Shown: positions 54,003-64,000 of the stretch, in pieces | How the letters are laid out: every line of letters starts with the position of its first letter | Position numbering within the stretch: the first letter of the stretch is position 1 | Source: Dictyostelium discoideum | Taxonomy: Eukaryota | Length of the DNA stretch: 64,000 bases | Assembly (NCBI GenBank): GCA_000004695.1 | Contig: CM000152.2 | Location: 5,600,001 to 5,664,000 of the forward strand | Reading direction: 5' to 3' | Program-made: the position numbers and the translations under genes | Notes under the pieces: model-generated | The model's database searches: none | What the model was told of the DNA's origin: nothing | What the model saw: the letters and a program-made list of their open reading frames with translations, nothing else

Positions 54003-54075
54003 TCACCCATTGTGGGTCTCGATCCCACGACCTGCAGCTTAGAAGGCTGCCGCAATTCCAACTTTGCTAAACGGG
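54003..54075 (-). tRNA. tRNA-Arg (anticodon TCT), probable
   Basis: The reverse complement gives GCCCGTTTAGCAAAGTTGGAATTGCGGCAGCCTTCTAAGCTGCAGGTCGTGGGATCGAGACCCACAATGGGTG. It has D-arm, anticodon stem GCAGC/GCTGC with loop CUUCUAA, T-arm GTGGG-ATCGAGA-CCCAC and a 7-bp acceptor with two G-U pairs. A poly-T follows within 10 nt. It is head-to-head with tRNA-Lys about 1 kb away. Confidence 0.6.
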
Positions 54076-54661
54076 CTTTGTTGAATTTAAAAAAAATTAT
54101 AGCCAAAATCGGCATTAATTTTAAAGTTTGTACCTTGTTTTATTTCTGATGAAAAACATCGGGTATTGTTATTATTTAAATATTTTGTAATTTTCAGCCT
54201 CTATACCATTATTATTTTAATTTTTTTTTTTTTTTTTTTTTTTTTTTGAATTTAATATTTTAAATTTAATAATAATATTTTTTATTATTGTTGAAAAATA
54301 TATGTGGTCAATATTTCAAATAAATATAATAATTTACAATAGATTTATTTAGATATATAATGTAAATTAATAAATGGTTATTAATATTATTATAATTATT
54401 TTTTTTAAATTTTTTTAAATTCTACACAACCTAATATTTAAACCTAATATTTTTTTTTTTCATTTTATTATTGCTTTTTCACACCCAATATTTAAACCAC
54501 AAAGATATCAAAAAAATATCTTAGGAATAAAAAAAAAAAAAAATTTAAAAAATTTTTTTCATTGATTTTTATTTTAGTTTTTTTTTTTTATTTTTTTTAT
54601 TTTTTATAATTATAAAAACACAACAATTTAAAAAAAAAAAATATTTTTTTATCTCTTAAAA

Positions 54662-54771
54662 ATGGATAAAATTGAAAACATTGTTTCAATAACAGGTATG
54701 AAAAAAAAAAAAAAATTTTAACAGTTATAACAAAAATGAAAAAAAAAAAAAATTGGCATATTAATAATTTT

Positions 54772-54802
<31 letters not shown>

Positions 54803-56554
54803 CTATTTTTAGTATGTAGCGCTAGAAATTTACCAAATATGGATTTATTATCACAATCAGCCGATCCATATTGTGAAATTTTCTTTGAAAATCAACAAGT
54901 TTTTAAAACTAATATAATTAAAAAAACAAAGAATCCAACTTGGAATGCACATTATAATTTAATTGTTAACGAATCAAAATTAAAATATGATATTACATTT
55001 AAACTTTGGGATTGGGATAAAACATCACAAAATGGTAAATTTAATTTTATTTTTTATTTTTATTTTATTTTTTTTTTATTAATTATTAATTTAATTTTTT
55101 ATTTTTTTATTTTTTAAGATTATATTGGTAAAGTTGAATTATCATTAAATGATATATTAAATAAACCAATTAAAGATGAATGGTATAAAATTATAAAAGA
55201 GAAAAAGAATGGTAAAATTAAAGAACGTGGTGAAATTCATATTTTAACTAAAGTGATAACAAAAGAAGAGGTTTATGATTCATTTGTTAGTAGTATTACC
55301 AAACATTTTTCACATACAGAAGATGATACATTAAATATTACAGATTTCACAGGTCTAATTACAACATTGAATAGTGAATATCCAGAACCAGATATAGTTC
55401 AACTATTTAAGAAAACCGATTCCGATTCGAATGAAACTATATCAGTATCTGAATTAAAGCATTTATTTTGTGAAACTGAGCAAGGCAAAGAATTGATCAA
55501 CACTTTATTCCAAGGTAATACCAATTTAATGTGGGAAGCATACGCAATCTCTGATAGCTATTCCACGATTGCCGATAACATTTTCCATAAGAATTTCGGT
55601 GGATCTTTAAAATCAGATTCAGATAGTAAACAAAAGGTGAAAATCATCTACATTCACGATAGAGAGAGTGGAAAATTAGTTGAAGAGAAAATCCCACACT
55701 ATATCGAGGTTAGTCTTAGAATTATGTATTCAACAAGTGGTGGTAGATCCGCAATAAATAATAGTCAAGTAAAACGATTAATGAGATATTTAACCAATAA
55801 AACTGGTAAAAAGTATGAAGCACCAGAATCTGTGAAAGAGATTCAACCATTCATTAAATTCCATTCACTAAATGTCGATGAAATACTTGACCCATTATCT
55901 AGTTTTAAGAATTTTAATCAATTTTTCTATAGAAAATTAAAAGATTCCGCCAGACCAATCGCCTCACCAAATGACCCAAAAATCGCTGTATCCCCTGCTG
56001 ATTGTAGATTAAATGTTTTCCCAACTATTAAATTAGCAACTGAACTTTGGATTAAAGGTAAGAATTTCACATTGACAACATTGATTCAAGACGAGCAATT
56101 GGCAAGTCAATATGAAGATGGCTCATTGGTAATTGCAAGATTAGCACCACAAGATTATCATAGATTCCATGTACCAGTATCTGGTGTTATTGGTAAATCA
56201 ACACCAATCGATGGTGAACTATATACCGTTAATCCAATTGCAATTCGTGAAAATGTTGATGTCTATTGCGAAAATAAACGTATTGTAACCGAGATTGATT
56301 CAAAGGAATTTGGTAAAGTTTTATTCATTAGTGTTGGTGCAACTTTGGTTGGTTCCATTCATTTAACTACTAAACAAGGTCAACATGTAAATAAAGGTGA
56401 TGAACAAGGTTATTTCGCTTTTGGTGGTTCAACAATTTTATTATTATTTGAAAAGAATACAATTGAATTTGATAATGATTTAATTGTAAATTCTTTAAAA
56501 CCAACTGAAACTTTAATAAAAGTTAATTCATCATTAGGTAAAAGTTTATTATAA
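54662..56554 (+). CDS. Phosphatidylserine decarboxylase proenzyme, PSD2-type, with N-terminal C2 domain and an EF-hand; three exons
   Basis: Exon 1 is 54662..54695 (MDKIENIVSIT-G), donor GTATG. Exon 2 is 54813..55034 (C2: VCSARNLPNMDLLSQSADPYCEIFF...), donor GTAAAT. Exon 3 is 55119..56554. It contains the EF-hand FKKTDSDSNETISVSELKHLF and a PSD domain with the autocleavage motif FAFGGSTI (LGST-type) and catalytic HRFHVPV. Phases were verified against track ORFs 54839.. and 55253... Confidence 0.85.
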
Positions 56555-56916
56555 AAAAAAAATAATTAAAAATAAAAAATAAAAAAAAAACTAAAAATAA
56601 AAAAAAGTTTCGTTTTTCCAGTTTTTTTTTTCCCAAAAAAATTTTTTTTTTTTTTTTTATTTTTTTTTTTTTTTTTATTTTTTTTTTTATTTTTTATTTT
56701 TTTTTTTTTACCAATTTGACGAATAAACTCATTCATTTTTTTTTTTTTTTAATTATTATTTTCAAATAAATCTTTAAAACACGGAGTTAATTTACTTTTT
56801 TTTTTTTTTTTCCTTTTAAAAAAAGATAATCAAAAAGAATTTTTTTTTTTTTTTTTAAAAAAATTTCCAAAATCATAATAAATAAAATAAAATAAAATAA
56901 AATAAAATAAATAAAA

Positions 56917-58092
56917 ATGGTAAATAAATCAACAACTAATGGAGTTTCAGATCCAAATTTAGAAAATAAAAGAACAAAAGTTACATTAACAAATTCAGGT
57001 GTTGAAAATGTAATTATCTAAATAAATAAATAAAAAAAATAAAAAAAATAAAAAAAATAAAAAAAAAAAAATTAATATGTTTTTATATTTATTTTATATA
57101 TATTTTATAAATATATTTATATATATTTTTTTAAATTTTTTTTTTAGGCAAGAGGTACATATTATAGTGGTGCATATACATCAGTTGGATATGATAATAG
57201 TTTTAATTTAAATAGATTTAAAGAAAATTTTAAAATTAATATATTATCAGAATCAGCAAATGAATTAGTATTTGAAATGATTGGTATTGATGCACCAATT
57301 GCAAATGCATTACGTCGTATTATGATATCAGAGATACCAACAATGGCAATTGAAAAAGTTTATATTATAAATAATACATCTATTTTACAAGATGAAGTAT
57401 TAGCACATAGATTAGGTATGATACCAATTAAAGTTGATCCAAGAAAATTCAATTTTAAATTACCAAATAAAGAATACACAGCAGAGGATACATTGATTTT
57501 TCAATTAAAAGTAAAATGTGAAAAGGATTCAGTCACTGGTAAAATTATAAATGAAACTGCATTATCAAAACATTTAATTTGGGTGCCAACTCAAGATCAA
57601 GAGGAAATGTTCCCAAACGAAGAGGATCGTCCACGTCCAATGGAGGATGACATCCCAATCATGAAGTTAAGACCCGGTCAAGTCATCGATATTCAATGTT
57701 ATTGTGAGAAAAACATTGGTAGAGAACATATTAAATGGTCACCAGTTTGCACTGCCTCCTATAGATTACAACCTGTCATCTCTGTCGATAAATCAATCAA
57801 AGGTGATAAAGCAAACCAATTGCTTGAGAAATGTCCAAAGAAAGTTTTTGATATTGAAGATTCTGGTCAAGTCGTTGCTGCTCGTCCATTAGATTGTACA
57901 ATGTGTAGAGAATGCATTAGAGATCCTGAATTTGAACAAAATGTTAAAATTGAACGTGTTAGAGATCATTTCATTTTCTCAATAGAATCAACTGGTGCTT
58001 TAAAATCAAGAGAAATTTTCCAAGAAGCAATTAAAATCTTTATTGAAAAATGTAATATTGTTGAAGAAAGTATTAATAAATTAGTAAATTAA
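56917..58092 (+). CDS. DNA-directed RNA polymerase I/III subunit AC40 (RPAC1/Rpc40; Rpb3/RpoA-like), two exons
   Basis: Exon 1 is 56917..57009 (MVNKSTTNGVSDPNLENKRTKVTLTNSGVEN), donor GTAATT. The acceptor is at 57146/57147 and exon 2 is 57148..58092. The dimerisation domain IGIDAPIANALRRIMISEIPTMAIEKVYIINNTSILQDEVLAHRLGMIPI and a Cys-containing insert domain match the AC40 family. Confidence 0.85.
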
Positions 58093-58261
58093 AAAAAAAA
58101 AAATAAAAAAATAAAAAAAAAAATAAAAAATAAAAAAAGTCATATTAAATAAAATAAAATAAATAAAATAATTATAAACATTTTTTTTTTAAAAAAATTT
58201 ATTACTTTTTTTTTTTTTTTTTTTTTTTTATACACATTTCTTTTCTTTTTTTTTTTTTTTT

Positions 58262-58966
58262 TTATAATTTTGATTCAAATAATTTTAATCTACTTGCAAA
58301 ACCAATTGTTTTTTCAAGTAATTCTTTGGAAGCATTTTTATACATTTCTTCTTTTAAAGAACCAAAAGTAATTCTGTCTTTTCCTTTTGTATGTAATAAT
58401 TCTGCTAATTCAACAGATTTCTCTAATATATCAGTACATGATTTATCAACTAATTGTAATTTCTCTGCTTCTTTACCTCCAAATCTTTTACCAGTTAAAA
58501 CAACATCTCTAAATATATTTGAATTTGTAATTTTACATCTATTTTTTTTAATAATAATAAAAAAAAAAAAAAATATTATTAGTTTATTATTTTTTATTTT
58601 TTTTTTAAAAATAAAAAATTTTAATTTAAACTTACTGTAAAATAGCATTCATACCAGGAGTTAATGGAATATGAATATCAATTTCAGGTAAACAAAAGAA
58701 ACCTTTATCAGATTTCATTATTCTGTAGTCATGTGCCATTGAAAACATAGCACCACCCGCGAATGAATGACCATTGATACATGAGATGGTTGGAATTGGG
58801 AATACTAATATTCTTTGTAATAATGCATGAAATCTAAATACAAATTCTTGGAAATTCTTTGCACCTCTTGGTAATGCCCAATCTAAATCTAATCCTAATG
58901 AATAAAATTTTGGACTAATTGATGTTGTAATTAAACATGATGCATTTTCACAACTATTTTTTTAAA

Positions 58967-59008
<42 letters not shown>

Positions 59009-59241
59009 AAAATTAAAATTAAAATTATTTATTATAATTATTATTAATTATAAATTAAAAAGAAAAATAAATAAAAAAAAACAAACCTTTCAACATAATC
59101 TAATGATTTGTGAAAATGACCAAGATTATCATCATTAAATCTATTTTCATTATCATTTAAAGTAAGCAAGAAAATATCTTCATTTGATTCTAATTGTTCA
59201 ACATAAAAATTACCAAATTCTTTTTTGTTAATCCACTTCAT
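58262..59241 (-). CDS. Enoyl-CoA hydratase/isomerase (crotonase-fold) protein with C-terminal PTS1 (-SKL), peroxisomal; three exons
   Basis: Exon 1 is 59241..59087 (MKWINKKEFGNFYVEQLESNEDIFLLTLNDNENRFNDDNLGHFHKSLDYVE), donor GTTTGT. Exon 2 is about 58953..58636 (...GLDLDWALPRGAKNFQEFVFRFHALLQRILVFPIPTISCINGHSFAGGAMFSMAHDYRIM..., the oxyanion-hole region of the crotonase fold), donor GTAAGT. Exon 3 is about 58537..58262 and ends ...ASRLKLFESKL*. Junction coordinates are +/-2 nt. Confidence 0.75.
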
Positions 59242-59333
59242 CCTTTTTTTTATTTTTTTATTTATTTATTTTATTAAATTCTAATTGTTTTTTTATGGTT
59301 TACAAATTTTAATTAAATTTTTGAAATTTTCTG

Positions 59334-59384
<51 letters not shown>

Positions 59385-60191
59385 ATTATAAAAAAAAAAA
59401 AAAAATTTCTCACAACATGTTGCAATTTATTAACTTTTTTAGTTTGGTTGTGTTGTGATGTTAAAAAAAAAATAAAAAAAATAACAAAATAAAATAATAT
59501 CAAAATTTAGTCATTAAAAAAAAGATAATAAAAAAAAAGTAAAAAAAAAAAAAAAAAAATAATAATTAATTAATAAAAAAATATATTATAAAATATATAA
59601 ATAGATAATTAATTAATTTTATTGGGATCGAACTCCAAAAATATATTTTTTTTTTTTTTGATTACACCAAAAGGCGGTTTTAAAATTAAAAAAAAAAAAT
59701 AAAATTTTTTATTATTTTTTTTTTTTTTGTATTTTTTTTTTTTTTTTTTTATTTTAAACTTTCAGACTCAAAAAAAGAAATCGATTTTTTTTTTTTTCCA
59801 CACATTTTTTTTTTTTTTTTTTTTACCGGGGCGTGTAAATATACAAATAATGATGTTTTAAATAAATTTACAATTAAACTATATATATATAAAAAATAAA
59901 AATAAAATTTTATAAAATCAACGATAAATTACAGAAAACAATAGTTTTTACAAAGCGACACATTCAAAAACACTAATATTTTTTTTTTTTTTAAAATTAT
60001 CGGAGAAAATTATTTATATTTTTTTTTTATTCATTAAAATTTTTTTTTTTTTTTTTTTTTAAAAATACAATATAATAATAATTGTAATAATAATAAAAAT
60101 AGTAATAGTAATAGTAATAGTAATATTAATAAATAATAAATAATAATATAAAGTAATAATCAATATATTTAAAAAAAAAAAAAAGAAAAAA

Positions 60192-63100
60192 ATGGCAGGA
60201 GGACCAATCGGAGCAACAGCTATTTGGGAGAATAGTTTAAAAGTTGCATTGATATGGGGTATTTTTATGTTAATTTCATCATTAACGATTATATTAGTTA
60301 GAATATTAAGAAAGAATAAACCACCCGAACTTAAACTATCACTTCGTTCAAAATTGGAGATATATTTAGCATACACTCATATTGGTGAAATGATAGAATT
60401 TATTCAAGTAGCTTTTAGTATATTTTCAGTATTACTATTTATATATGGTACATACATAACATCAAAAGAACCACCAACATTTTATTTAGTATTAGAAGTT
60501 GTTTTAGTTTTCTTTTTCATTTTACATTGGTCTTTAGATTTTTTCATTTCAAAGGATAAGTAAGTTAATATAATTATATATTTTATTTAAAACCAATAAT
60601 AATAATAATAAAAAATAATAATAATAATAATAATAATAAACATCATCATCATTATTATAGATTAAGATATTTATTTTCATTCTTTTCAATAGTTGATATG
60701 ATTTGTGTTTTACCAATTTTAATTGATATTCAAAGTGGTGATTTTAAAAATCTATTAAATACATTTCAATTCCTAAGAGTTTTAAGAGTAATTAGAATTT
60801 TAAGATTACAAAGAGTACTTCATTATTTTAAAAATGGTTAGTATTTATAAAATAATTAAATAGATATATATAAATGATAGATGATTGAATTTAATTTAGT
60901 ATTATATACAATACTAATTAAATAAATGATGATGATGATGATTGTTATTTTAGAGGTTACAAAATATACATTTAAAGCATTTATAGTTGTATTTTCATTT
61001 ATTATGGTATTAGCAGGATTTTATATGAATGTTGAAGTTCATCCATCAGGAACTCCATTACAATTTCATGAAACTGTTTACTTTTTAGTAATTACATTGG
61101 CAACTGTTGGTTATGGCGATATTTATCCAACTACTGCTTTAGGTCAAATTACAATCACTCTAGCATTAACGATTGGTGCTGGTGTTTTAATTCCATATCA
61201 TATATCAAAATTAATGGAAAAATTACAACAAGATTCTCGTATGTACACCTCTTTTTTTTTATTTTTTTTTATTTTTTTTTCATTTTTTTTTTATACTTGT
61301 ACTAATAATTAAAAAAAAAAAAAAAAAAAAAAGCATTTTTAAGAAATTTATCATCATCATCAATTACAGGACATGTTATATTATGTGGTGATATAACAAT
61401 ATCACATTTATTAGATTTTTTATCAGAGTTTTATCATGAAAGATATGGAAAATTAAAGAAAGAATTGGTAATATTATCACCAAAAGCACCAGATGATAGA
61501 ATTAAAGCATTATTACTTCACCCATTTTATAAGAATCGTTTAATCTATTTAAAGGGATCACCATTATTTGAACATGATTTACAACGTACTAAAATTTCAA
61601 AAGCAGATTCAGTATTTATAACATTACCATCATCTTGGAATTCAGCAGATACAGATAATATTTTATGTTCATATGCTGTAAAAAGTCAATATAAAAATTT
61701 GAAAATATTTTCACATTTAATTTCATCGAAAAATAAGAATAAATCACCATTTTTAAAAGGATCGATTTATGTTGAAGAATTTAGATGTGCAATGTTGGCA
61801 CAATCAATAGTGTGTCCAGGATATAATATTTTATTTTCAAATTTATTTACAAGTAGAACTATACCAACGATGGTATCACATAAATGGTTAACAGAGTATT
61901 ATTATGGTACCAATCATTCGATTTACATAATAAAAGTACCAGAGTTTTTAGTTGGTGAACAGTTGACAGATGTTATACTTTCAATGTATTTTGGTAATGG
62001 TAGTTTATTGATTGGTATAATGGAGCCACAAATTGTAGTCTCTGTTTGTTCTCAACAAGGTCCAAGTTTAACTTCAAGTGGTACCTATATACCAACATCA
62101 CAAAAACCAACAACCTTACCACCTAAATTTCATTTAAATCCACCTCAAACTACAATTTTAACAATAGATATGCAATTGGTATTAATATCACATACTGTAA
62201 ATTTAACAAGTAAACATTCATCAAGAGCAGAGAAAAGACAACAACAAAAACAACAAGAAATTCAAAAAAGAAAAAAAATTCAAATTAATAGTATTGGTGG
62301 TGAATATGATGATGAAAATACTGATGATACTGATTTTCAATCAATGAATGAAGTTTTAAATTTTAATTCAAATTTAACAAATAATAATTTAAATAATAGT
62401 TTAACAAATAATAATAATAATTTAAATAATAATGATGATGATTATAATAATAATAATTTTATAATTAAAATTTATAAAAAAATTAATCAATTTTTTAATA
62501 AATTAGCAGTACCAGATTTAGAATTATTAATTAATGAAGTTGAACAACAAAATAATCAAGAAACTAAAGATCAAGCTATGAATGAATCATTAAAAACTTT
62601 TATAGTTTCAAATAAATCAAAAAATAAAGATAATAATGGTAGTGGTGGTAATGGTAGTGGTGGTAATGGATTTAGTCGTGGTGGATCATCAATGAATTTT
62701 AGAAATAATAGTATGACTGGATTTGGATCATTATCAAGTCCACAATCAATTGATGAGAATCTTGATCAATCAATTATGGAATTCAATAGAGAACACGAAG
62801 AAGAGGAATTAACCTCTAAGGAATTAATAAAATCATTATGTCTTTCAGAATATAATGGTGATTGGATTGCTCTATTAAGTGATATTAGTTCACAAAAAAC
62901 ATCAAATCCAAAGACAGAGGAGATTTTAGAAAGAATTCGATTGGTAATTGATAAACATTCTCTAATGACTTTTACAACTCATGGAAAATTTGGTAAAGGT
63001 AAAAAAGGTTCAAAAAATTCAATGAAAGGTCATATGTTAATCATTTGTAAATCGTTGAGAGGTTTAGATTTATTTTTACATCATTTACGTTTACCTTATA

Positions 63101-63954
63101 TTTCATCGATTAAAACAAATACAATGGCTAAATCTGGTGTTCAACCAATCGTTGTACTCTATAAAGATGAACCACAAGATGAGAGTTGGTTTTCAACTGT
63201 TAAAACGTTACCATTGATTGCATTTATTAAAGGTTCATCATCGAATAATGTCGATCTTGATAAATGTGGTGCAAAAAATGCTGAAACCATTATAATCACT
63301 TCGGATCCATATTATGATCAATCCAATTTATCATCGGCTCAAGAGAATTTAGTAGATTCATTCACATTGATGTCCTATGTCGACGTAATCAAGGTTAATA
63401 GAATCGCAAAGATAACCGTTGAATTAGTACATGAACCAAATATTAGATTTTTAGAGGATAAGAAAATTCAAGCATGTGGTTCCAATAAAAGATTTCATAC
63501 TTATTTACAAGCTAATCAAGAGAAAACTTTCTTAAAACCAGAGTTTTTCTCAACTCCACATTATGCATCGGGTGGTGTTATAACATTCACTGTATTGGAT
63601 TCATTAACTTGTCAAGCTCATAATAATCATTTGATAAAAGATGTCGCCCATGAATTGGCATTTGGTGTAAATGGTTTATCACAATCTTATTCAACATTTG
63701 GTTTATCAAGTTGTGTTAATCAAGATTCAAAATGTTTTAGTAGATTAATTGGTATACCTGCAATGTTTCATGGTAGATCCTATGGTGAAGTTTTAAAATA
63801 CTTTTTACAACAAAAAAATCTTTTGGTTTTAGGTCTTTATCGTTCAAAAATACCAATGAGTGCTCCTGTTGATTATATTTATACTTGTCCACCACCAACT
63901 TGTATTTTACATGAAGGTGATCAAGCTTATGTTTTATCAAATTCACCAATTTAA
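60192..63954 (+). CDS. BK/Slo-like large-conductance K+ channel (voltage-sensor S4, TVGYGD pore, tandem RCK domains), four exons
   Basis: Exon 1 is 60192..60559 (TM segments), donor GTAAGT. Exon 2 is about 60660..60836, with the S4 helix FLRVLRVIRILRLQRVL. Exon 3 is about 60953..61238, with the pore helix and selectivity filter TLATVGYGDIYP. Exon 4 is 61334..63954, with RCK1 starting GHVILCGDITISHLLDFL and continuing through two RCK/TrkA-like domains (829-aa track ORF). Introns are 95-115 nt with GTAAGT/GTTAGT/GTATGT donors. Confidence 0.8.
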
Positions 63955-64000
63955 TAAAATAAAAAATAAAAAATAAAAAAAAAAAAAAAAAAAAAATAAA

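Noticed and set aside
53918-54115. 65-aa minus-strand ORF
   Set aside because: It overlaps and reads through the tRNA-Arg gene, so it is spurious.

Overview
This window is AT-rich (about 75-80% A+T) eukaryotic nuclear DNA with the hallmarks of a dictyostelid social amoeba (Dictyostelium-like). Intergenic regions are long A/T homopolymer runs. (AAT)n tracts inside ORFs encode poly-Asn/Gln. Introns are short and AT-rich with GTAAGT/GTATGT donors. Genes are dense on both strands. Organism assignment is inference from composition. I find about 25 protein-coding genes, two tRNA genes, three tandem pseudogenes and a retroelement fragment. The protein-coding genes include an hnRNP-R-like 3xRRM protein, a TBC/ankyrin RabGAP, a leishmanolysin-like peptidase, a PHO84-like phosphate transporter, a signal-peptide type-I DnaJ, a PAS-HK-REC-HK-REC double hybrid histidine kinase, a 5-repeat polyubiquitin, a diaphanous-type formin, a C2/EF-hand phosphatidylserine decarboxylase, RNA polymerase I/III subunit AC40, a peroxisomal (-SKL) crotonase, a BK/Slo-like K+ channel and a SERF/4F5 micro-exon gene. 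There is no prokaryotic-style defence island, CRISPR array or operon. The most interesting content is: (1) an intron-containing, low-complexity-decorated bacterial-type NAD+-dependent DNA ligase (LigA) gene with a possible mitochondrial presequence. (2) A tandem array of five hssA/2C/7E-like small Ser/Gly/Cys-rich genes whose spacers carry decayed copies of a piece of the neighbouring histidine-kinase receiver exon, plus a near-invariant roughly 60-bp dyad element in every promoter. (3) A head-to-head tRNA-Lys(CUU)/tRNA-Arg(UCU) pair with a poly(A)-terminated, target-site-duplication-flanked retroelement fragment 87 bp downstream of tRNA-Lys (TRE3-like) and a GC-richer block abutting its 5' end. 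(4) Three tandem decayed APE/EEP-endonuclease pseudogenes. (5) A HEPN-motif protein. (6) A 100-N assembly gap inside a coding repeat. Several splice coordinates may be off by 1-2 nt because they were indexed by hand.
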